A DNA stretch of 62,941 nucleotides, filler included. It is 5 parts of 5 records of this genome, joined end to end, with 100 filler letters (N's around TTAATTAATTAA, not from the genome) between each part and the next. Parts side by side here need not be neighbours in the genome. Positions count along the whole stretch, not along the records: positions 27,721 to 35,487 come from SRR2962707_5221; positions 35,588 to 44,542 come from SRR2962707_5223; 3 more parts are not named here. One strand, written 5' to 3'. Shown here in pieces: positions 29,219 to 38,500 of this stretch. Every line of letters begins with the position of its first letter. Within the stretch, counting starts at the first letter, position 1. The notes under the pieces were generated by a model. It saw only the letters and a program-made list of their open reading frames with translations. It was not told the DNA's origin and made no database searches. Made by a program: the position numbers and the translations under genes.

Positions 29219-29345
29219 AATCCCCACCGACAATTAGCAATTAGCATTAGGGTCTTGGATCACTGACATGTTCTATTACAATACCATAGAATAGAGGTAG
29301 AACTTCTATCTAATTTTCTCTATTCTTGTTTGATAATTAGTAAGT

Positions 29346-31949
29346 GTGAAGAGGCCACTAATCTATTTATTGACCAACCTGCTTATTGCTGGTGGAATTT
29401 GCTATGCACAACTTAATACGAAGTTGAATGCATCGTATGATCAAACACCACTTCTTGATGTTCTCAAGGATCTTAAAAGTAGATACAACCTTACCTTTTA
29501 CTACGATGAAAGTTGGTTGGAAGGTAAAAGTTCAACTGTTCAATTAAATGAAATTGAAATTAAAGAGGCGCTTAGGCTAATCCTAAAGGACAATGATCTG
29601 ACATTCCTGATTCGAGAACCCAATTACATCATTCTCCTCCCTGACCAAGGGAGTTCTCAAAAAGTAGTATCTGTAAATAAGGACCAAACCAGTAGGGTTA
29701 CAATTGGTAGTTTGAATGTGCTTCAGGACCGTGGTACAATCTCAGGATACATAGTGAATGGAGAAAACAATCAACCTTTGGAGGGTACCATAGTTACTGT
29801 AATCAACAGAAACTATCGTGAAGTTTCTGATCCAAATGGCGCATTTTCAATAACCCTGCCGGTAGGTCATTATGATATCAAATTTCACCATCCTACCATG
29901 GTCGACTATACCATTCCTATAGCCTTGAATTCTGATGGAAATCTTACTGTCAACATGTTTGAGGATGTCGTACTATTGGATGAGGTGGTAATTAGTACCC
30001 AGGGGATTGATGAAAATGTTTCTAAAACAATATCCGGGCAGGAAATTCTTGATATCAAAACCATCAAAACAATACCGGCCTTTTTTGGTGAGGCCGACAT
30101 AATCAGTTCCGTGCTATCCCTTCCTGGTGTAAGTAAAGTAGGTGAGGGAAGCTCTGGAATCAATGTACGTGGCGGAGGTGTTGGACAGAACTTAATCCAA
30201 ATAGACAATGCAACTGTGTATAATCCAGCTCATTTATTTGGATTCTTCTCCACTTTCAATGCCGACGCAGTTAGTAAAGTCAATTTTTATCGAGGATCAA
30301 TTCCTGTGGAATATGGTGGCAGACTTTCTTCTATAATGGATGTTGAAATCAAAAATGGAAGCAAGAGTAAAATCACTGGTGTAGGAGGTGTAGGTTTCGT
30401 TAATAGTCGGTTTTTAATCGAGGGCCCGATACGAAAAGATTCTACCTCCTTTCTTTTTGGGATCAGAGGAGCATATCCAAGCTATCTTATTCGACGGCTT
30501 GAAGATCAAGACCTTAAGAACAGTGCAGCCTTTTTTGGTGATAGCAACCTTAAAATTGATCATCTTTTCGATTCTAAAAACAGAATTTCACTAAATGGCT
30601 ACTTAAGTCGGGACCGTTTCGACTTCTCCAGCGAAGCAGAATACAATTATGGCAATAAGGCTCTTGGTCTGGAATGGAATGGTCAGCTTTCTCCGGCCAC
30701 CTTTATCAAAAGCACGCTAACCTATTCAGTTTATGATTACACATTTAAAGAAGTCAGCGAGCCACAATTGGCCTCCTCTTTGACTGCAGGTGTAACAGAA
30801 ATCAAAGTAGATAATAAGCTACAAACCATCATAAATGATCATGAAATTACCTACGGGATCAATTATACCAACCTGAATATTGCTCCGGGGAACTACAAAA
30901 AACTTTCAGATGTCTCAATTCTTGAGCCAGTAAATCTTCCCGATGAAAAGGGTATTGAATCTGCACTTTTTATCGGTGATGAATTCACCTTGAACGATCA
31001 GTGGTCTTTTTATGGTGGCATTCGATACTCATTTTACAATGGAGGTAAGGAAACCATCAAAGAGGGTTATCATGGCCCTGAACCTCGATTTTCCATAAAT
31101 TATAGAACAACTCCATCTTCCTCAATAAAACTAGGATATAATAGAATGAGACAATACATTCATTTTATCTCTAATACTACGGCTGCCACTCCTATTGATA
31201 TTTGGAAGTTGTCGAATCAGTCCATAAAACCGGGTATTGCTGATCAATTGACCCTTGGCTACTTCAGAAACCTAAAGAATAATCTTTATGAAACGTCTAT
31301 CGAAGCATTTTATAAAAGGACTGAAGATTTGGTTGAGTATAAGAATGGAGCTGATCTCTTTGCTAATCCAGATATTGAAGACGAGTTGATACAAGGCACG
31401 GGAAGAGCCTACGGGGTAGAATTACAGGTCAAGAAAAAGCACGGAAAATTGAACGGATGGATTAGCTACACCTACTCTCGTTCATTGATCAAAGTCCAAA
31501 GTGTAGACCCAAGCAAAACCATCAATAATGGAAGCTACTTCCCTACCAATTTTGATCAGCCACATAACCTTTCTGCACTAGCTCAGATCCAACTTTCCAA
31601 GCGATTTAGCATCAACACCAATTTCACCTACAACACCGGGCGGCCAATCTCATATCCTGAATCAGTTTATCAGGTTAGAGGAATAACAATTACTGATTTC
31701 ACAGAAAGAAATAAATACAGAATCCCTGATTATCATCGATTGGACATCTCATTTGTCATGTCTACCAGTTTGAAACGAGTGAAGAAAATTGAAGCCAACT
31801 GGAGCTTGTCTATCTACAATCTTTACGGTAGAAAAAATGCCTATTCAGTATACTATAAAAACGATGCAATCTCAGGAGAGCCACAATCCTATCGACTGTC
31901 AGTTATCGCCAGACCCATTTTAGCTCTATCATATAATTTCAAATTCTGA
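29346..31949 (+). CDS. TonB-dependent receptor with N-terminal STN-like and carboxypeptidase-regulatory-like domains
   Basis: TonB-box-like LDEVVI, plug (IPAFFGEADII..LPGV, NVRGG, YNPAHLFGFFSTFN), barrel ending in YNFKF; GTG start. Confidence 0.92.
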   Translation: MKRPLIYLLTNLLIAGGICYAQLNTKLNASYDQTPLLDVLKDLKSRYNLTFYYDESWLEGKSSTVQLNEIEIKEALRLILKDNDLTFLIREPNYIILLPDQGSSQKVVSVNKDQTSRVTIGSLNVLQDRGTISGYIVNGENNQPLEGTIVTVINRNYREVSDPNGAFSITLPVGHYDIKFHHPTMVDYTIPIALNSDGNLTVNMFEDVVLLDEVVISTQGIDENVSKTISGQEILDIKTIKTIPAFFGEADIISSVLSLPGVSKVGEGSSGINVRGGGVGQNLIQIDNATVYNPAHLFGFFSTFNADAVSKVNFYRGSIPVEYGGRLSSIMDVEIKNGSKSKITGVGGVGFVNSRFLIEGPIRKDSTSFLFGIRGAYPSYLIRRLEDQDLKNSAAFFGDSNLKIDHLFDSKNRISLNGYLSRDRFDFSSEAEYNYGNKALGLEWNGQLSPATFIKSTLTYSVYDYTFKEVSEPQLASSLTAGVTEIKVDNKLQTIINDHEITYGINYTNLNIAPGNYKKLSDVSILEPVNLPDEKGIESALFIGDEFTLNDQWSFYGGIRYSFYNGGKETIKEGYHGPEPRFSINYRTTPSSSIKLGYNRMRQYIHFISNTTAATPIDIWKLSNQSIKPGIADQLTLGYFRNLKNNLYETSIEAFYKRTEDLVEYKNGADLFANPDIEDELIQGTGRAYGVELQVKKKHGKLNGWISYTYSRSLIKVQSVDPSKTINNGSYFPTNFDQPHNLSALAQIQLSKRFSINTNFTYNTGRPISYPESVYQVRGITITDFTERNKYRIPDYHRLDISFVMSTSLKRVKKIEANWSLSIYNLYGRKNAYSVYYKNDAISGEPQSYRLSVIARPILALSYNFKF

Positions 31950-33049
31950 TGCCAAAGAGAATCATATACTGCCTCCTATTTATCTCAGCTTGCGTGGATG
32001 TATTTAATCCGGAAATTGATGGGGTTGAAAATGAAACATTGATCATCGATGCACTCATCACGAATGAAAACTCAACCCACCAAGTGGTTATAAGTAAGGC
32101 AACTAAACTATCAGAAGATGCCTTCGACTTTGTAGAAAACGGTCAGGTATTTGTTGAGGACAACCATGGACAAACATTTGATTTTGAACACGTAGATAGT
32201 GGAAGATATGAATCGGTTGTGAGCTTTGCAGGTGTCGTTGGCGATCAATACAAGCTTACGGTTCAGGTAGACGGTCAGCAATTTGAATCCTCGTTCGAAG
32301 AAATGAAACCACCTGCAACCGTTAACAACATTCAAACCAGTGTAGGCTTTGAAAGTATCCAATCTGAAACAGGAGAAATCATTGTTTCTCCAAGAGTTAC
32401 CTTTTCAGTTGATTTGGAATTCCCTGCAGATGAAGTAATCTATTATCGATTTGACTGGAATGCGACTTATGAAGCAAGAACACCGTCGCAAGGATCAGGC
32501 GTTTGTTGGACTGAAAGAGATGCTGATCCACCTGAAGACCTTGATGTTTCAAAAGTTTGCTATGTCAGGGAACAATCATCCAATTTTCTCAAACTCTTTA
32601 CTTCCAATGGAATAGAGGGTAACTCAATAGAAAATGTAGCATTGTTTTCTGTGAATCCCGAAAAACGATTCCAACGAAAATACAGCCCTGAGATATTGCT
32701 CTACAACATCTCCAAAAGTGCATTTGATTTTTGGGAAGCTGTAGAAGATCAAACAAGCAATGCTGGAGGTTTATTTGACTCCCCCCCCGGTCCCATTTCA
32801 GGCAATATGCAGAATATCAGCCCATTTGGAGACCGTGTCATCGGAATATTTGAAGTGGCCTCTATTTCAAAAACAAGAGCTTTTTTCCTGCCTTCTACCG
32901 TAGAATCTGAGCTTTCCAATTACGATGCGGATTGCACCTTGCCTGGTGGTCCATTTGGTACCCCTCCTCCACCCAGGCCTTTCTCATGCTGTGAATGTAC
33001 TTTCCTACCAGGCAGCACCGATGTAAAACCAGATTATTGGCAAGATTGA
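31949..33049 (+). CDS. DUF4249-like lipoprotein
   Basis: Lipobox FISA-C15; FW..V..Q....GGLFDSPP....GN motif; Cys-rich end KPDYW; TGATG coupling to the receptor. Confidence 0.85.
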   Translation: MPKRIIYCLLFISACVDVFNPEIDGVENETLIIDALITNENSTHQVVISKATKLSEDAFDFVENGQVFVEDNHGQTFDFEHVDSGRYESVVSFAGVVGDQYKLTVQVDGQQFESSFEEMKPPATVNNIQTSVGFESIQSETGEIIVSPRVTFSVDLEFPADEVIYYRFDWNATYEARTPSQGSGVCWTERDADPPEDLDVSKVCYVREQSSNFLKLFTSNGIEGNSIENVALFSVNPEKRFQRKYSPEILLYNISKSAFDFWEAVEDQTSNAGGLFDSPPGPISGNMQNISPFGDRVIGIFEVASISKTRAFFLPSTVESELSNYDADCTLPGGPFGTPPPPRPFSCCECTFLPGSTDVKPDYWQD

Positions 33050-35313
33050 TGAGAAGACTTTTCCTTCACATATTACCCATATTGCTGATTTCATCTTTTG
33101 CGATCAAATCTGAATCTGCGTCTGAGATTGTTGAAGCCATTCTTCAATATTTCAGACAAAGGCCAATGGAGAAAGTAATGATGCACCTGGATAAACCCTA
33201 CTATACTTCGGGAGACCAGTTATGGTATGCAGCCTATGTGGTGGATTATAACTCAAACCAGGTCTCAACTTTGAGTGAAATTCTCCATGTAGAAGTATTC
33301 AATAAGGATGGAGAAGTAGTCGCTCAGCAGAAGAACTTGATAGCGAATGGTTTGTCTGATGGACTCATCACATTGCCTGATACCTTGTCAGCCGGGTATT
33401 ACTTGTTAAAAGCCTATACCAATTGGACCTTAAATTTTGAAGAGGGAATCCACTTTTCATATCATTTCAAAGTAGTATCTCCTACATATCAAGTTGAGGA
33501 ATTCAGTGATAAATTCAAAGTGGATTTTTTCCCGGAAGGAGGAAAACTAATTGCGAAAAAATTGAACAACGTTGCATTTACAAGCAATCTAAACAAGCCT
33601 TCACTGGTGCATTTGGTTAATGCGGTCAATGATACACTCGACCAAATTCAATACGATGGTGCTGGGTTTGGAATGGTCAAAATTCTCCCAAATTCTACCT
33701 CAGATCAGTTTTCATTGGTATTTCAAGTTGAAGGGAATCGATTTGAATTACCTGAAATTGAAAATTCCGGCACTGTATTGAGATTGAAAGAAGATAAAGA
33801 CTTTGTCGATCTGTTTCTTGAATGCTCATCAGATCGAATAAATGAAAGCTATTCGCTAATTATTTTGAACAGAGGGAATATCATTTCAGCTCAGGATGGA
33901 AAATTGACTAAAAATGGAATTTCACTTCGACTACCCAAGGATAGATTACCTGCAGGCTTGCACCATATTATGATTTTTAATGATCAAAATGTGTTAATGA
34001 ATGAGCGAATGTTCTTCAATGAAAATACAGTAGATGACGATCGATTAATTGTTGATGTAAATGACAAAAATCAACTTGGTGACGAAATTAAAATCCAACT
34101 GACATCAACATCTAGTGTTTACACCAATGTTTCCTTAACCATCCTCCCAAAGCGATTCTTCAGCACTCAAGCTGACATGGTTAATGGGCTTCTTACTATT
34201 AATGGAAGAGATTACACCCTCAACGATAAATTGATAGCAAGGAAGAGTAATGATTACACTATTCAGACAATATTACAAAGGCCTCAACCAACCTTCACCT
34301 ATCCAATTGAAAAGCGTGATTTATTTCAAATCAACCTTACGGTCAATCAAACTGGTGAATCAATAGATCATCATTCCATCACGTTAAAGGGAGATAGTAC
34401 ATCTGATTTTTACTTTGGAAATGCTGAAGGTAATTATCTATCTTATGCAGTACCGGCCTTCACTGGTCAAAGAAACCTCATTTTAAAACCTAAGGGCAAT
34501 CGTACTGAAATGTCAAATGCAACCTATCTACTAAAAGATACCTATCCGGTTAAGCCTTTTGATTTGGCCTATAACCAATCGCTAGTTGAGAGTTCTTACG
34601 CAAAATATGCCAAGGAAAATCAAACCATTAATCGATTCTATAATCTAAACAACAAGGAAAAAGCCAATAAATACGACGCACCTTACACGTTTAGCATTCT
34701 CAGATCTCACAACAAAAGCATCAATGTCAAGGAATACATTGCTTTACCTGATATGCAAACAGTTATTAAAGAGTTATTAGAATGTGTGAGGATAAGGGAG
34801 GACGAGGGGGAATACACCATTCAAGTCTGCAGCATTGATGAAAAAACCGGCTATTACAGTGCCATGTTGAAAAACGAGCCTCTCAGACTCATTGACGGTG
34901 TTCCGGTTTATGATTCAAAACATATTGCAAATCTGGATCCATTGGAAGTACAAACAATAAATGTTTCGTACGGCAAAGGAATTCTAAATGGAGTCGAGTA
35001 CGATGGAGTGCTTGCCATAGAAACCGTTGAAGGCAACTATGGCCAGATCAAAGATTTAGGCCAGAGTACATTTGATTATTTTGGGTACGCTGAAAGCTAC
35101 AATTTCAATATTACTAAGACTTCCAATCAACCTGACTTCAGAACAACGTATTATTGGAATCCTCTTGTGAAAATCCCCGGTAATCAATCCATTTCTCTTT
35201 CCTTCCCCAGCTCCAACGAACCAGGAGAATATTTGATCAATGTCCAGGGAATTACCTCAGACGGGAAAATCATCAATACATCAACATCCTTCTTAGTTGA
35301 TGATAAAAAGTGA
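33049..35313 (+). CDS. Secreted macroglobulin (MG2)-like protein with TonB plug-like domain
   Basis: EKVMMHLDKPYY..GD.LWY.AY, FFPEGG, plug-like EPL.LIDGVPV...I..LDP.EV.TI.V, C-terminal DFRTTYYWNP; start ATG 33049 by TGATG coupling. Confidence 0.8.
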   Translation: MRRLFLHILPILLISSFAIKSESASEIVEAILQYFRQRPMEKVMMHLDKPYYTSGDQLWYAAYVVDYNSNQVSTLSEILHVEVFNKDGEVVAQQKNLIANGLSDGLITLPDTLSAGYYLLKAYTNWTLNFEEGIHFSYHFKVVSPTYQVEEFSDKFKVDFFPEGGKLIAKKLNNVAFTSNLNKPSLVHLVNAVNDTLDQIQYDGAGFGMVKILPNSTSDQFSLVFQVEGNRFELPEIENSGTVLRLKEDKDFVDLFLECSSDRINESYSLIILNRGNIISAQDGKLTKNGISLRLPKDRLPAGLHHIMIFNDQNVLMNERMFFNENTVDDDRLIVDVNDKNQLGDEIKIQLTSTSSVYTNVSLTILPKRFFSTQADMVNGLLTINGRDYTLNDKLIARKSNDYTIQTILQRPQPTFTYPIEKRDLFQINLTVNQTGESIDHHSITLKGDSTSDFYFGNAEGNYLSYAVPAFTGQRNLILKPKGNRTEMSNATYLLKDTYPVKPFDLAYNQSLVESSYAKYAKENQTINRFYNLNNKEKANKYDAPYTFSILRSHNKSINVKEYIALPDMQTVIKELLECVRIREDEGEYTIQVCSIDEKTGYYSAMLKNEPLRLIDGVPVYDSKHIANLDPLEVQTINVSYGKGILNGVEYDGVLAIETVEGNYGQIKDLGQSTFDYFGYAESYNFNITKTSNQPDFRTTYYWNPLVKIPGNQSISLSFPSSNEPGEYLINVQGITSDGKIINTSTSFLVDDKK

Positions 35314-35325
35314 GTGGATTAAGTC

Positions 35326-35487
35326 TTAAGAAAATGCCGAGCTAATCTTCTCTGCCATAGCAGCCATTTCCTCTCTTGAGAAAGAGAGTTTCATGTTGGC
35401 AAAATTCATGTCATCCATTGTGTCGATTGGAATCAGGTGAACATGTGCATGCGGAACTTCTAAACCCATTACCGTCAATCCAATTCG
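35326..35487 (-). CDS. HIT family protein, C-terminal fragment (not in ORF track)
   Basis: Hand translation RIGLTVMGLEVPHAHVHLIPIDTMDDMNF...AFS*; histidine triad HAHVH; truncated by the contig end. Confidence 0.88.
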   Translation of the reverse strand, partial: RIGLTVMGLEVPHAHVHLIPIDTMDDMNFANMKLSFSREEMAAMAEKISSAFS

Positions 35488-35587
35488 NNNNNNNNNNNNN
35501 NNNNNNNNNNNNNNNNNNNNNNNNNNNNNNNTTAATTAATTAANNNNNNNNNNNNNNNNNNNNNNNNNNNNNNNNNNNNNNNNNNNN
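35488..35587. other. Artificial contig spacer (bacterial to eukaryotic boundary)
   Basis: N run with TTAATTAATTAA at 35532-35543. Confidence 0.98.
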
Positions 35588-38500
35588 TGGGTGACAACGT
35601 CGACGTGTCAGCCCCTGTAATAGTGAATTCACTGGAAACACTGCGCGTAATCAATTCTGTCGCATTGAAATTTGCGGCTGTAGTGGCTCGTGTAAATCCA
35701 AAATGGGTTGGAGACTGACTGGAGTCAGTCGTCGTCCACACAGAACTTGTGTAAACCTCACTGCTTGCACTGGGGGACAGTGTCGACGTGCCAGCACCTG
35801 CAGCAGTGGTCGCATCAGCAACACTGCCGGTACTCAATTCTGTCGCCTTAAAGCTTGCAGCGGTTGAAGCTTGTGTGAAGTCACCATCCTCGTCGGTCGA
35901 CGTCAAAAACGTAGTCCTAGCGGAGGTCACTGATGGCAAATTCGTCGCATTCATAAACGTGGTGGCCTCACCAGAACCAGTGGTCACCAAAACAGAGCTT
36001 GTCTGGACTCCGTCACTTGCCTTGGTCGACTCGAACCCCGCAACAGTGGTCGCATAAGCAGCACTGCTGGAACTCAATTCTGTCGCATTGAAGCTTGCAG
36101 CGGTTGAGGTTCGTGTGAATCCACGATTCCCGCTGGTCGGCGGCGGCGACGTAGTCCCAACGAAGGTTGCTGATGGCAAATGCGTCACATGCACGAAGGC
36201 GGTTGCCTCGCCAGGGCCGGTTGTCACCAACACAGAGCTTGTCCCACCACTTGCGAAAGTCGACGCCTCAAACCCCGAAGCAGTTGTTGCACGACTGGCA
36301 TTTGCCGATGTATCGAACGGCGCAGCGGTGACCGCGCTGACAACGCCTGGAAAATTGGAGGTTGTGTGGTTGTCGACGTCGAGGCTCACAGCTGTCGTCA
36401 ACGCCACATCGCTAAACATAGACGACACGTGGAGAACGGGCACGTCGCTACTAATGGGCTCGGGGGTAAAGGTCAAATCGGATATTCGCTTTGAGGTGAC
36501 AGAGTCTGCGTCTTTGACAGTTGTACTCAAAACAACGGTTTGCGAGTGTGTTGGTGGACGACTGGCCTTGGTATTTGGTGACGTTTCGATTGATGAGTTG
36601 GGAAGTGCAGTTGTAACAGTCGTTCCACTTGCATCGATCGTCGGTAACGTTCCCTCTTCCGTAGTGTTGACCTGATCTGATGTTTTACGATTGCTAAGCA
36701 AGGTCGTTTGCCCACTTGCAATGGGCTGAACTCGTGTCGTAGCAGTCTTCACGACTGCCACGGACGACGCTCCAGATTCAGCAAATGTGACATGCGCCGC
36801 AGTGTTCACTGTCTCCGTTCGAGGTGCTAGTGTGCTCTCTTGCCCAAGTGTATGCTCCGTCGCAAACACATTGACAGTGGCATTGAAGCTTGCATCCCAG
36901 GTTGAAGTTTGCGCATTTGTATTTTGCATTGAAGGGGACACATTGTCCGTCGTCATCTCAATACTAGCACTTGTGGAGCGGCAAAGAGTGTCGCCACAAT
37001 TCGTCGTGCTATCAACGGTTGTTTCTCCAATTCCAATGGTGGAGTCATCAACAACGTTGACCGTCGTTGCTGCGAAAGAGGAACTCTGAATCAATGCAAA
37101 AAGAGTGGCATTCAACGTATCCAATGCCACAGATAGGTCCTTGATCGTCGCAGCCTGCTCCAGAATCAAAGATTCATGGGCAGCGAGCGTGTGATTCTGA
37201 GCATCATCGATATCGATTACAGAGGCCACTGATTGTGCAATGCCAGCAAGTGCAGAATTGAAACTCGAATTTTGAGACGAAATCGTTGACGCCTGGGCTT
37301 CAAGAGTCTTGGCTATGGAGTCCACAGTGTCCCCCTGTTCTTCAAACCCGCTCTGAGCACACAGCGACAATCAAGCAGCACACTCTCTCAGCAAGCTACC
37401 CAGGTTTTAACAAAGAATATGTCTGCTGCACGAGTTGGGTGCTCACAAACAATATGCCTTAACGTGCCTGCAGCGTGACGACTGAATTGAATATTTGGTC
37501 AATTGATGCGTTTAGCCTCTGTAAGTCGGTGTCTTGCGCTAAAAACAACGACCCGCTCAAGTTTAATCGCATTTCTGTCTCGGCCAGTCGAGATGCTACA
37601 TCGGAGACTGCCACATCAACATAGGACCACAAGCAACAGGTGAACGGCAATATCGCATTGGCCAATGCCCAGCACCTCGCACGAGCATCCACAAGCAATG
37701 AGCAAGCCCTCAACAAAAAACTCACTATTAATAATATGTCCATCGACGAAAAAACCACTGTCTGTGCACACATGAACCGTCCCTTCGCCCATAGACTGAC
37801 AGCGTGCCCCATCGCGTGCCCTATGCGCCCTACATGTAGCACAGAAAGCAGAACGCACGTTCACGAGCGACACAGTGCCACCAAACACGCAACAGGCCCC
37901 TGCTCGCAAAGCCACAAATGGCATCTGATAACGTACGAAAATCCCCAAACGGCAGAAAATGCATGCGTGGCCGTAGCAGAAGACCCCATAGCTGCGCTGT
38001 GGTTACCTTGGGCCGAGTTATCAGATCCACCCATCACTGCCGCGAGCCGACCAGTGGCAATGTTTCGTAAACCTCCACCCACAAAAGCACCAGCAGCGGA
38101 TGCAGTGTTTGAACCGCCCCCAACCACGGTGCTCGAATCGCCGCTGCTCGAGCAGTTCCACCCACCGCCAACTGCAGCTGCTTTGCCAGCCGCCGTGTTG
38201 CTGAAGCCTCCTCCAACGGTACCTTCGTTTCCGACCAATACATAGAAGTAAGCAAAAGTCGCGCTGAGGCAGCAACGATCCAAAACACCAATCAAAGCGT
38301 CAACGAACTCCAGTCCCCAAAAGCTGCGTTTCCCTTCATATCAAAGTCACCGCCACCTCCAATGGTAGACGCGTAGCCTAATGCGGTGTTGCCAGCCCCG
38401 CCGCTAATTGTGCTCAGATTCCCACCTGCCATCGCAGCATACCCGCCACCTGCAACTGACCACGGGCCTGATGCTGCACATCCATGACCACCGCCAATTA

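Noticed and set aside
1138-32362. Short antisense or alternative-frame ORFs nested in bacterial genes (e.g. 1138-1461, 8198-8767, 19793-20212, 29906-30208)
   Set aside because: They overlap well-supported genes and carry no recognisable motifs
35488-35587. Bacterium-to-eukaryote HGT junction
   Set aside because: The switch coincides exactly with an artificial spacer; there is no physical linkage
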